A stretch of 63,961 nt of DNA, counting the filler, from an uncultured Myxococcia bacterium (lineage in GTDB: Bacteria; CAZTWC01): the NCBI GenBank assembly GCA_964617105.1. It is 7 parts of 7 records of this genome, joined end to end, with 100 filler letters (N's around TTAATTAATTAA, not from the genome) between each part and the next. Parts side by side here need not be neighbours in the genome. Positions count along the whole stretch, not along the records: positions 28,677 to 38,041 come from CAZTWC010000136.1; positions 38,142 to 47,483 come from CAZTWC010000137.1; 5 more parts are not named here. One strand, 5' to 3'. Below, piece by piece: positions 31,179-40,733 of the stretch (positions are counted from its first letter, which is position 1; each line of letters opens with the position of its first letter). The notes beneath the pieces were generated by a model. The model made no database searches and was not told where the DNA came from. It was given only the letters and a program-made list of their open reading frames with translations. The translations under genes were made by a program, and so were the position numbers.

Positions 31179-32663
31179 ATGAAAAGGATAAAAATATTGC
31201 CGGCTTTGCTCGCTATATTTATTTTACTGACTGTTGGCTATTTGGGCAATGGTTGTTACAACACTGAAACCGAAAAATTCCCTTCTCACCTGGCAAACGA
31301 ACAGTATGGCGCCATCAGCGGTTTTGTTACCTATAATGGTGATAAAAAAGGGCATATCTATGTGTTGCTGATGGATAAAAACAACTCACCACCCCCTCTG
31401 GGCAGCGGCTCACCGGAAGTTTCTGAAATTTCGGCTAATAAAGAGGGGAGAGACCGGCTATTCTATTTTGGCAAGGTTAAACCAGGGGAATATACCATCA
31501 GCGCTTTTATGGATGTGGACAACGATTTTTATCCTTTGCTCACCTACCGGGCCGGACCAAGTAAAGGCGATATCGCTGGCGCCTATGTTAACCCAGTTAA
31601 CGGTGAGGCTTTGACGGTTAAGGTCGAATCCAACCGTCATGTAAACAATATCGGAGTTATTTTGGCCAGAGATATCGAGTTTGAGCGCCCTTTTTTCTAT
31701 TTGGAAGAATCGGAAGTGTTATCTGTGCTTCCCAAACCGGAATATAAGCGGGAAGCAGGAGTGTGTAATGATTTGAGTCTGGTTTGTCCCTATGATGATG
31801 CTGCTCCTGGAAAGGGTGGATGCCTGTTTGAATGCCAAGAAAGCCAGGTGGGTGGATGCGGAGATGGCGTATGCTACCAGGATTCATGTAGAAAAAAATG
31901 TGTAACCAATACCGATTGCGGGGGAAAATTTCAGTGTCTTGAACAAAGCGGTATAAAATATTGCGGGGTTGGAGCCAAATGTAGTTTGGACTCCCAGTGC
32001 AGTGACGATGGAACTTTTATTTGTGCGGTGGAAAAGGGAATTTGCGTTGAGTCGTGTAAAATCAAGGCGCCCTTGGTTTTTAAGGCTGTCCAGGTCTCGG
32101 TGCAGGATAAAATCGATAAGTTTGAAGTGTTCGGGGAGTTCTCGGTATCTAAGGCTGCCAGGAAAAATGGTTTTCCATTACTGTTGTTAACCAAAATCGC
32201 CACTGATAAAGATGGAAAACTCCAGACCGCCAAAACCGGTTTTGTGCCGGAGAAGAAGAGTTACAAAGTGTTGGTCAAAACAATTGATCAGGATGGTAAA
32301 GAGGTGGAGGTAGAAAAGAGTATCAATAGTGTGATCACGGCCTGCGGTTCAGTGGCGGAGCCGCCCCAGGTTTCGTATGAACCTGCCAGGGATCAGATTG
32401 CTGGGGGTTATTTAATGCGGCAATGTCTGATTTTGCCAGACGGGATGAGACCCCATCCAGACACATGCAAAGAGGCATACTCCACTCCGGAAAAACCAGG
32501 TATCTTTTTCTGTGATATTTTGCCGGCAGGTAATTACTCCATCTGGGTAATAAATGAAAATAGCCAAACCTGGACCATCCCCAATTTACTGGCGGTGGAT
32601 AAACAATTAGCAGAGTCTTTCTTTAAACAGAGCCAGAGCAAACTGTTTATCATTAGCGAATAA
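31179..32663 (+). CDS. Lipoprotein with Ig/carboxypeptidase-regulatory-like domain and an internal Cys-rich insert
   Basis: GGAGA RBS, lipobox GNGC, GAISGFVTYNG...PGEYTISAFMDVDND, dense Cys block in the middle. Confidence 0.7.
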   Translation: MKRIKILPALLAIFILLTVGYLGNGCYNTETEKFPSHLANEQYGAISGFVTYNGDKKGHIYVLLMDKNNSPPPLGSGSPEVSEISANKEGRDRLFYFGKVKPGEYTISAFMDVDNDFYPLLTYRAGPSKGDIAGAYVNPVNGEALTVKVESNRHVNNIGVILARDIEFERPFFYLEESEVLSVLPKPEYKREAGVCNDLSLVCPYDDAAPGKGGCLFECQESQVGGCGDGVCYQDSCRKKCVTNTDCGGKFQCLEQSGIKYCGVGAKCSLDSQCSDDGTFICAVEKGICVESCKIKAPLVFKAVQVSVQDKIDKFEVFGEFSVSKAARKNGFPLLLLTKIATDKDGKLQTAKTGFVPEKKSYKVLVKTIDQDGKEVEVEKSINSVITACGSVAEPPQVSYEPARDQIAGGYLMRQCLILPDGMRPHPDTCKEAYSTPEKPGIFFCDILPAGNYSIWVINENSQTWTIPNLLAVDKQLAESFFKQSQSKLFIISE

Positions 32664-32726
32664 TATACAGTGGTTAATTCCATATTTCTTAAGCAAACCT
32701 CAAGCCTTTTCTGAGGAGTCAATATA

Positions 32727-33644
32727 ATGAAAAAAAGAGTAGGGCAAGTTAGTTTTTCTCAGTTAATACCGCTAGTTATTCTGGTAATTTCGCTAATGGC
32801 GATCTCCTGTGCCGGGGAACACCATTTGGAGGAGAAGAGCTTTGATACCTATAAGGTGGCTGATGGAGGTATTGTCCAAAGCGGTAAAACAGATGGGGAT
32901 ACTGCCCAAAGTGATGCCGGAAAACTGCCACCGCCACCGGCTAGACCAGGTGCGGTTAAGGGAGAGATTGGCGCTCCATGCAACTCTGATTTGGAGTGTG
33001 TAAGCGGAACCTGTGTTCTGGGAGGGATAATTCCAGGTGGTTACTGCAGTCAATTCCACTGTACTGGCTCTTCCAAAGATTACCAGTGTCCCGAAGGGGT
33101 TAATTGCCAACCTTGCCTAGGTGCATCTGTCTGTGTATTTAATGATAAATTAAAAGTCAAAGGCCCGGAGGGGAAAGAGATCGCTGGAATTAGTTTATGC
33201 CTGGCTCAATGTGACCTTAAGGAAGGTAGATTTTGCCGGAAAAAGGTGGATAACCAAAATGACGATCACCGCTTTGTCTGCCAGCCGCTTCCGGAGGGTA
33301 AAACCGGGATATGCAAACCCCGATGCTATTCTGACCTGGATTGTCCAGCCGGGGCAGTTTGTAATCCTGGCACTGGTATTTGCGGAGTAGTCTGTAAAAC
33401 CGATGGTAGTTTAAAGTGTGAATTAAAAGGCACTGCCTGTACGCCCACCACCCTCTCTCCCACCGGCGGTTTTTGCATGAAGACCTGCAATTTTGTTGAT
33501 TTTGAGCATCCCAGGGCTGATTGTGCCAAAAAAGATGAAGTGTGCCAGCCGGTTCCCGGTGTGGGCGCCATCTGTAAGCCGCCCTATACGCTGGAAACCG
33601 AATGTCCGGCTGGCGCCGTGCTGCATCAAGGTGTCTGCGGCTGA
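32727..33644 (+). CDS. Cys-rich lipoprotein
   Basis: Lipobox AISC, Pro linker, IGAPCNSDLECVSGTC...PGGYCS repeats. Confidence 0.75.
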   Translation: MKKRVGQVSFSQLIPLVILVISLMAISCAGEHHLEEKSFDTYKVADGGIVQSGKTDGDTAQSDAGKLPPPPARPGAVKGEIGAPCNSDLECVSGTCVLGGIIPGGYCSQFHCTGSSKDYQCPEGVNCQPCLGASVCVFNDKLKVKGPEGKEIAGISLCLAQCDLKEGRFCRKKVDNQNDDHRFVCQPLPEGKTGICKPRCYSDLDCPAGAVCNPGTGICGVVCKTDGSLKCELKGTACTPTTLSPTGGFCMKTCNFVDFEHPRADCAKKDEVCQPVPGVGAICKPPYTLETECPAGAVLHQGVCG

Positions 33645-33646
33645 CC

Positions 33647-34633
33647 ATGATCTCTCTAACTATATCCACCCTGGAGCAACTAAAAAAAGTAGATCTACGT
33701 CTGGTTTCCAGAGTGTATGCTGGCAATCCTCTTTGCCTCCAATATCCTAAAAATTTACTCACTAACCAGGCACACTTGCGAGAAGCCGCCAAATTAGCGG
33801 CAGATAATGGCGTTGATTTTTTCATAACCACTCCCCTGGTAGTAACTCCCGATTTAGTTGACCCGGTAAGGGATCTTTTAAGCCTGGCGGAAGATATTGG
33901 CGTTCAGGGGGTGGAATTCACCGATTTGGCTATCTGGAAAATAGCCCCTGCTAATCTATCTCTTCACTGTGGTCCGTTGTTGAATATTACTTCGAATCAT
34001 TTTTTGGATATATTTGCCAATAGCCAGGTTAAAAGCGCTCATCCTTGCCTGGAGTTGAGTCTGGATCAAATAGGGGAAATTTATAGCCATACTGCTATAG
34101 ATTTAGAAATAACCGTTTTTGGCTTTATAATTTTGGCTGTGGCGCCAAACTGCCATTGGTTGGACCAGAAAAAATGCGTTCATGGCTATGGTGCGAGGCC
34201 TTTCAGTTCCCCTGGAAAAGCGCGATATTCTAGGCCTGACTGCAATTGTCAATGTGCCGGCCTGAGTCATAGAGTCAGGTGGGAGCGGTTTGAAGTGATC
34301 TCTGCCGGCCGGGGTTTACTCTCCAGTCGGCGTGTTTCTATGCTGGAACACCTGGATAAACTAAAGAGATTAAGTTGCCATATATTCAGGATAGAGGGGC
34401 TTTATGAATCACCCAAAAATTTGGCTGAAACCATGGTGGTATTTGCTGAAGCGATTTTGCAATTAGAACAGTTTAATCCAGGAGATGGTCAAAGATGGCA
34501 AAACCTATTGAGTAAGATTTATCATAATCCAATCTTTTGTAATGGTTTCTATTTTGATTGCTCTGGACAGGATTATAAACCAGTCCCCTGCTCCACTCCC
34601 ACGCTCCAGGTAGCAACTAAAGAGGTGAATTAA
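33647..34633 (+). CDS. Peptidase U32-family protein (degenerate partner subunit)
   Basis: LELSLDQI, LEITVFG, FRIEGL, CNGFYF; overlaps the next U32 gene. Confidence 0.75.
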   Translation: MISLTISTLEQLKKVDLRLVSRVYAGNPLCLQYPKNLLTNQAHLREAAKLAADNGVDFFITTPLVVTPDLVDPVRDLLSLAEDIGVQGVEFTDLAIWKIAPANLSLHCGPLLNITSNHFLDIFANSQVKSAHPCLELSLDQIGEIYSHTAIDLEITVFGFIILAVAPNCHWLDQKKCVHGYGARPFSSPGKARYSRPDCNCQCAGLSHRVRWERFEVISAGRGLLSSRRVSMLEHLDKLKRLSCHIFRIEGLYESPKNLAETMVVFAEAILQLEQFNPGDGQRWQNLLSKIYHNPIFCNGFYFDCSGQDYKPVPCSTPTLQVATKEVN

Positions 34634-35580
34634 TGACCCGTCTTTTGTCGCCAGCCAATAGTTTTACCACCGCCAAACTATGTTTTAATTGTGGCGCCGA
34701 TGCTGTTTACCTGAGTGTTGCTGGCTGGGGCTTGCGGCCTGGAATATTTGACTTGGAAGTTTCTGACCTCGGAAAAACCCTGGACTATGCTCATGAAATC
34801 GGCAAACGGGTGCATCTCTGTATGAATATTTATCCCAGGGCTGAAGAGTTGCCCTCTTTTTTCCAAGAACTGGACCGGTTTTTGGATATGGGGGTGGATG
34901 CCTTGATTATCTCTGATCCCGGCCTGATAAGAGTTGTTCACCAAAGATGGCCTCAGGCGGAGATTCATGCCAGTGTCCAGGCCGGAGTCGCCAACTATCT
35001 GGCGGCCAATTGTTTGGCAGAACTTGGGGCGAGTACTGTAATTTTTTCCCGGGGAGTTGAAGATATTGCTCAATTGGAGCAGACCTGCCGCCAGGTAGAT
35101 GTAGGGCTGGAAGTTTTTGTTCATGGAGATGTATGTTATTTTTTCGACAGCAAGTGCTACTTAACCGGATATCTGAAACGTGAAAAAATAAAGGAGAATC
35201 TACGCCGGCCTGAAACTGAACTGATTGGCTGCTCAAACCGGGGAGAGTGTTACCTGATTTGTAAGCATAAATGCCAGTTGGTGTCCAAAGCCGGAATTAT
35301 CAAAGAGTGCAACTTGTTCAGAAAGAGAGATATGTGCCGACTGGATATGTTGCCAGAATTGGTTAAAATGGGAATATCTTACCTGAAAATTGAAGGACGA
35401 CAATTCTCCCCTCAATACATGGAAAAATCTACCGGCATCTATAGAAAAGCCTTGGATCTATGCCTACAGAATCCAGATAAATATACCAGCCACCCTGGTT
35501 GGAAAGAGAGTTTGGAGATTTTGTTGCAAGAAAGAGATATCAGTTATAATTTTCAAAGAAAAGCCTGGTTGGGAAGATGA
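34633..35580 (+). CDS. Peptidase U32-family Fe-S hydroxylase (TrhP/RlhA-like motif)
   Basis: LLSPA, GADAVY, ISDPG, HASVQ, EVFVHGDVC..C...NRGECYLIC, LKIEGRQ. Confidence 0.88.
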   Translation: MTRLLSPANSFTTAKLCFNCGADAVYLSVAGWGLRPGIFDLEVSDLGKTLDYAHEIGKRVHLCMNIYPRAEELPSFFQELDRFLDMGVDALIISDPGLIRVVHQRWPQAEIHASVQAGVANYLAANCLAELGASTVIFSRGVEDIAQLEQTCRQVDVGLEVFVHGDVCYFFDSKCYLTGYLKREKIKENLRRPETELIGCSNRGECYLICKHKCQLVSKAGIIKECNLFRKRDMCRLDMLPELVKMGISYLKIEGRQFSPQYMEKSTGIYRKALDLCLQNPDKYTSHPGWKESLEILLQERDISYNFQRKAWLGR

Positions 35581-35721
35581 AGTTTTAGAAACTGTTTTCC
35601 GTGTTTTCCGTTGACAATAGGGCTATACTATGCAATAATATTGCGCTATCATCCTTTAATTATTAAAGGAAATTTCATTTATTATCGGTTTTTCGAGACA
35701 TCGATAGATAGGAGGAAACTT

Positions 35722-35904
35722 ATGTTTACAGGAGCTAAAGTATTTTCTGCCACCAAGGCTAAAGAACGTGAAGCCCTGGGTGACACACTCACCTATTGGC
35801 TTAGAGATCATAGAAATATCCAAATCGTTGATAAAATTGTTACTCAGTCCAGTGATAATGAATTTCATTGCCTGAGCATTATTATATTTTTCAAGGAAGC
35901 ATAG
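35722..35904 (+). CDS. Small conserved hypothetical protein (60 aa)
   Basis: AGGAGG RBS; MFTGAKVFSATKAKEREALG...VTQSSDNEFHCLSIIIFF; downstream hairpin. Confidence 0.8.
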   Translation: MFTGAKVFSATKAKEREALGDTLTYWLRDHRNIQIVDKIVTQSSDNEFHCLSIIIFFKEA

Positions 35905-35982
35905 TAATAATTATCTCCCGATAATAGATGTCAAATCTGTCCATCTTGAACATTAATAGTATGTGTATGTTTTATGATAGAC

Positions 35983-36023
35983 AAAAAAATGAGGGGGGGA
36001 GATATCTTCCCCCCTCATTTTTC
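35983..36023. terminator. Bidirectional terminator-like hairpin
   Basis: AAAAAAATGAGGGGGGA-GATATC-TTCCCCCTCATTTTT. Confidence 0.7.
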
Positions 36024-36088
36024 AAGATTCCCTTTCGGGAAATTAGTAAAAATGATACCCCAATTTCATTTGGTTTTGNNNNNNNNNN

Positions 36089-37029
36089 AATGGCGTCAAA
36101 TTGTGCCAAAAGGGGATCAACCCTCGCCACGTTTTGGCCATGTGTCTATTTTTGACCAGTTAAACGAGCGAATAATAATTTTTGGCGGTGCTCACAACAA
36201 ATTTAACAACGAAGTGTGGGCTTTAAATTTAAAAAATGATGATTTCTATTGGACTCCGATAGAGTTCGAGGACGATAGTGATTTACCCAAGCCCAGGTCT
36301 GATCATTCGGCCATACATGATACCATCAATAACCGGATGTTGATTTTTGGCGGTATTGGGCGCAAAGATTTGTGGGCTCTTAACTTAACTCCTTATGATG
36401 AATATTGGGAGTTGGTAAAACCAGTTGGCCCGCGCCCCAAAGTCCGTTCCGATCACAGCGCCATTTATGACCGGTCAAACCAACAGATGCTGGTTTACGG
36501 AGGTTTTGGTAAAAATGTGGTTTTGTCGCTTTATTTGAATAAGGATAGTGAAGAATGGCAAGAGGTTAAAACCGATACTCAACCCCCGTCTAGGGGAGTG
36601 CACACGGCAGTGTACGATCGGTTGGGAAGACGGATGTTGATTTTCGGCGGTTATGTTGGCAATTTACAATACCGTAATGAATTGTGGAGCCTCAATATAC
36701 GCGACAATCCGGCTTCCTGGGAGATGTTGGTTCCTGATGGAGTTTGCCCTTCCGCCCGGGCCGGACATTCTGCCGTAATAGATACCAAGCACCGGCGGAT
36801 TCTGTTTTTTGGCGGGCGCGACAAATACTCCATGAAAAACGATCTCTGGTCTCTGGCCCTGCAAGTAGGGCAGGAAACCTGGATAAATCTCAAAGTTGGA
36901 GGAACACCTCCCTCACCGCGCAATGGTCATACCGCAGTCTATAATCCTTCAAAGGGACAGATGATTGTTTTTGGCGGCAATACTCAGGATCAGGGGCCTA
37001 CAAACGAAATATGGCTATTAGAAGTTTAA
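36089..37029 (+). CDS. Kelch-repeat beta-propeller protein, 5'-partial (scaffold gap 36079-36088)
   Basis: Six PxxRxxHxAxxD...MLIFGG...W repeats. Confidence 0.9.
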
Positions 37030-37062
37030 TTTTTTGCTTTTCTATTTAGGAGATTGGTTAAA

Positions 37063-38041
37063 ATGAAAAAAAGTAGTGTTTTTATTGCAGTTATTGTGAC
37101 AGCAATTGTCTGTTTTTATATCGGTTTCAGTTGGGATAAATGGCTGATTAAACCCAGTGCTCCCAATCATCAGGCCATTGCAATACCGGGACTTCCTCAA
37201 GGCTATCTGACTGATATTCCAGGTTTAAATGTGAATAATCTGCGAGACGCTCAAAAGAAAATCCTGCTCAAGGTTTTAAACGAAACTAAGTGCAGTTGCG
37301 CTAAGAAATATGATTCGGTAGCCAAATGCCGCAAATTCAATGCCTCCTGCAAAGATAATCAAAAAATAATTAACCGGGTCAAGAGTCTGGTGCAACAAAA
37401 TTTCTCCGAGTCTAAAGTGAAGCGCGAAATAAATACCTTTATTGCTTCCCTCAGCAAGATAGAGAAAAAAGATATTTTCAAGGTGCCGGTGGGCAGATCT
37501 TATGCTAAGGGAAATCCTAATGCCAAGGTTACCATTATTAAATTTTCCGATTTTCAGTGCCCCTTTTGTTCCCGGGCAGCCAATACTATCGAAGAAGTGT
37601 TGAAAATTTACAAAGATGATGTCCGGCTGGTTTTTAAAAACCTACCCCTGGGTTTTCATCAGCAGGCTGCTCCGGCGGCAAAGGCTGTCTTGGCGGCAGG
37701 AGAACAAGGAAAATTTTGGGAGATGTATAAAGCTTTATACGATGGACAAAAACAGTTGTCTGCTGAATTTTACCCGACCAAGGCCAAGGAGTTAGGGTTG
37801 GATGTGGAAAAGTTCAAAATCGATATGGAGTCGGCGAAAATAAAAGGGATGCTCAATGAAGAACAACAATTGGCCAGTAAAATTGGCGCCAGGGGAACAC
37901 CGGCTTTCTATGTGAATGGCGAGAAAGTTTCGGGCGCCCAGCCTTTGCATGTGCTTAAAGAGGTGGTGGAAAGGAAAAGAAAGGAAGCTGAGTCACTGTT
38001 ATCCAAAGGCGTCTCTCCTGCTAAACTTTATAATGAGATAA
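37063..38041 (+). CDS. DsbA-family thioredoxin-domain protein, 3'-partial
   Basis: GNPNAKVTIIKFSDFQCPFCSR, FKNLPLGFH, GTPAFYVNG, SGAQP; extra N-terminal Cys-containing domain. Confidence 0.92.
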
Positions 38042-38141
38042 NNNNNNNNNNNNNNNNNNNNNNNNNNNNNNNNNNNNNNNNNNNNTTAATTAATTAANNN
38101 NNNNNNNNNNNNNNNNNNNNNNNNNNNNNNNNNNNNNNNNN
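38042..38141. other. Artificial contig linker
   Basis: N44-TTAATTAATTAA-N44. Confidence 0.98.
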
Positions 38142-40028
38142 GTCTGCGCCAACGATACTCATGGCGCTCCAATAGAGATGAATGCCATGAAAAAGGGGAT
38201 TACCCCTCAGGAATTGGTAGAAGGTTATTATCACGAACATCTCAAGGATTTCCAGGACTTCCAGGTTGATTTCGATATATTCTATACCACCAACAGCCCT
38301 GAAAACCGGCACTATGCCGACCTAATTTTTAACGCCGCTAAAGACCAGGGTTACATCTATCAAAAACCATTGCAACTTTTTTATTGCCCCGAAGATAAGC
38401 GGTTTTTACCGGATAGGTATGTTAAAGGGGTTTGTCCCAAGTGTGGGGCCAATGACCAATATGGCGATGTATGCGAACGCTGTAATTCCACCTATAATCC
38501 CACTGAATTGAAGGAGCCATATTGCTCTCTTTGTCACCAATCACCAATAGTCAAAGAATCGACCCACTATTTTTTTAAATTGAAAGAATTTCAGCAATGG
38601 TTGGGGGAGTGGCTGAACAATGAAGATATGTTAAAACCGGAAATTAGAAACTATGTGCTCCGGTGGGTAAAAGATGGGCTGGAAGATTGGTGCATCAGCC
38701 GGGATGGCCCCTATTTTGGTTTTCTGATCCCCGGGGAGAAGGACAAATATTATTATGTTTGGCTGGATGCCCCCATAGGTTATATCTCCGCCACCCAAAA
38801 ATACTGTTCAGAGAGAGGGTTGACAGCCGATCATTACTGGAAAAGTGATGAGAGTGAAATTATCCACTTTATCGGCAAAGATATCGTCTATTTTCATACT
38901 CTATTTTGGCCGGTTATGCTCAAGGTTTCAGGGTTTAATCTTCCCTCAAGCGTCAAGGTACATGGTTTTTTAACCGTTAATCGGGAAAAGATGTCCAAGA
39001 GCCGGGGAACTTTTATCTCTGCTGCTGATTTTAAGCGTTTTCTAGATCCTCAGTATTTACGCTACTATTACGCTGGCAGCCTCTCTTCAGGCATTGATGA
39101 TATCGACTTGAGTTTTGAGGACTTCAAAAATCGGATCAATGGCGAATTAATTGGCAATTTGGTTAATTTCTGCAATCGCACCATCAAGTTTTGTCAAAAG
39201 ATGGACAAAAAGATCTATCCCTGGCAGTGGGACCAGGAACGTAGCAATATCAGAGATGAATCTCTGTCAAGGTTAGAAAAGATCAGGGATTTATACGCTC
39301 AACTGGAGTTTCGAAAAGTAATATCCCTTACTAATGAAATAAGTGACCTGGGTAACCGCTATTTTCAGAGCAGCGCTCCCTGGAGCCTGTTAAAAAATTC
39401 CCCGGAAGAGGCCGGGGCGGTGGTGGCCTTTAGTCTCAACCTGGTGCAGATTATCGTCACTGTGCTCAAACCAGTGCTGCCCCAGATGTGTGCTGAGATT
39501 GAGAAACAGATGGGACTCGAAGATGGGAAGTGGCCCCAGGATCGGGAGTTTTTTACCCTTCAGGAGGGGGAGATAAACTACAGTGCACCGCTGTTAAGCA
39601 GAGTGGACCAGAAGAAAATCGATGCACTTTTAGCCGAGCAGACAGAGGGGAATAGCCCCGAGCCGGCAAAAGCTGAAGTTTCCCCTAAATCATCGGGAGG
39701 CCGAATCGATTTCAAACAGTTCGAAAAGATCGATATCCGGGTGGGAGAGATAAAGAGCGCCGAGAGGGTGAAAAAATCGGACAAACTGCTGAAGATAGAG
39801 GTGGACGTAGGCGAAGAGGAGGTCCGGACAGTGGTGGCCGGCATTGGCCAGAGTTACCAGCCCGAGGAGTTGGTAGGCAAGCGGGTGGCAGTGCTGGTAA
39901 ACCTGAAACCAGCCAAGATCTTTGGAATCAAGTCTAACGGTATGCTGCTGGCCGCCGGACCTGGCGGCTCGGAAGTAGTGTTGGCTGAATTTGGCCGCCC
40001 AGTGGAAACCGGCGAACCGGTCAGGTGA
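38142..40028 (+). CDS. metG: Methionine--tRNA ligase, 5'-partial
   Basis: RFLPDRYVKGVCPKC, YVWLDAPIGY, FIGKDI, KMSKSRG, C-terminal tRNA-binding domain. Confidence 0.97.
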   Translation, partial: VCANDTHGAPIEMNAMKKGITPQELVEGYYHEHLKDFQDFQVDFDIFYTTNSPENRHYADLIFNAAKDQGYIYQKPLQLFYCPEDKRFLPDRYVKGVCPKCGANDQYGDVCERCNSTYNPTELKEPYCSLCHQSPIVKESTHYFFKLKEFQQWLGEWLNNEDMLKPEIRNYVLRWVKDGLEDWCISRDGPYFGFLIPGEKDKYYYVWLDAPIGYISATQKYCSERGLTADHYWKSDESEIIHFIGKDIVYFHTLFWPVMLKVSGFNLPSSVKVHGFLTVNREKMSKSRGTFISAADFKRFLDPQYLRYYYAGSLSSGIDDIDLSFEDFKNRINGELIGNLVNFCNRTIKFCQKMDKKIYPWQWDQERSNIRDESLSRLEKIRDLYAQLEFRKVISLTNEISDLGNRYFQSSAPWSLLKNSPEEAGAVVAFSLNLVQIIVTVLKPVLPQMCAEIEKQMGLEDGKWPQDREFFTLQEGEINYSAPLLSRVDQKKIDALLAEQTEGNSPEPAKAEVSPKSSGGRIDFKQFEKIDIRVGEIKSAERVKKSDKLLKIEVDVGEEEVRTVVAGIGQSYQPEELVGKRVAVLVNLKPAKIFGIKSNGMLLAAGPGGSEVVLAEFGRPVETGEPVR

Positions 40029-40069
40029 TAGTTGTCCGGTAGTGAGGGATCAGGTGACAAAGATGATAT

Positions 40070-40146
40070 TGGTCGGGGCAACTGGATTTGAACCAGCGGC
40101 CTCATGGTCCCGAACCATGCGCTCTGCCAGGCTGAGCTATGCCCCG
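40070..40146 (-). tRNA. tRNA-Pro(CGG)
   Basis: CGGGGCATAGCTCAGCCTGGCAGAGCGCATGGTTCGGGACCATG...GGTTCAAATCCAGTTGCCCCGACCA. Confidence 0.96.
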
Positions 40147-40171
40147 ATATACGTGAAACTATAAAGAAGTC

Positions 40172-40498
40172 CTATATATACACAAGGTGGATGGTTTTGT
40201 CAATGGGGAAGATTGTGTGGTTTTTCGAGAAGATGGCCATGGCTTTTTTTAAGATATCTATCTCCACCTTTACTTCTTTGAGTTCACGTCTCAATTTATA
40301 AATTTCATTGTCTCTAGCGCTTAATTTCCCTTTTCCAGGAAAGGCTTCCTCTGCTTTTTCAAATAACTGATTCTTCCACTGCCTCAAAGTGCTTTCGGAA
40401 ATACCCAAATCCCTGGCCACCGAGTTGACTGATTTGCCACTATCCAGCACAAGCCTGACAGCATCCTTCTTAAACTCTGGATCTAGTTCTCTTCTCAT
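40172..40498 (-). mobile_element. IS3-family transposase OrfA remnant (no OrfB)
   Basis: EFKKDAVRLV...VARDLGISESTLRQW...AFPGKG...LRRELKEVKVEIDILKKAMAIFS; no integrase ORF follows. Confidence 0.88.
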
Positions 40499-40606
40499 TC
40501 ATCACTTTTTGCCTCTCTTCTATTTTTACTGACCATAGAAAAATAATTTTTCAAAATATTTAATCAATTCTTTAAAATTCCGGCCATTTCCCCCACCTGG
40601 ATAGGG

Positions 40607-40708
40607 TTATCGGCCGACTTTATATTGACAATAGTCGGCCAATAATGCTATCATTATTATGGTTATCAGCCGACTATATTTCAGGATAAAGATAGTTGGC
40701 CAGAATAA
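40607..40708 (+). promoter_or_regulatory. Promoter overlapped by two inverted-repeat operator-like sites
   Basis: TTATCGGCCGACT/AGTCGGCCAATAA flank TTGACA (40625); TGC-TATCAT -10 (40649); second pair TTATCAGCCGACT/AGTTGGCCAGAATAA. Confidence 0.65.
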
Positions 40709-40733
40709 ATATCTTCTATAACAGGAGTAGTTT

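Noticed and set aside
33647-35580. Calling the U32 pair ubiV/ubiU
   Set aside because: Cys spacing fits TrhP/RlhA better and no ubiT/SCP2 gene is adjacent, so no symbol was assigned.
35974-36088. N-terminus of the Kelch ORF as given in the track
   Set aside because: It reads through a terminator-like hairpin and an N gap; the true start is probably lost in the gap.
40070-40498. tRNA-Pro as the attachment site of an integrative element
   Set aside because: The accessory DNA lies on the tRNA's 5' side, and no integrase or duplicated tRNA 3' end was seen.
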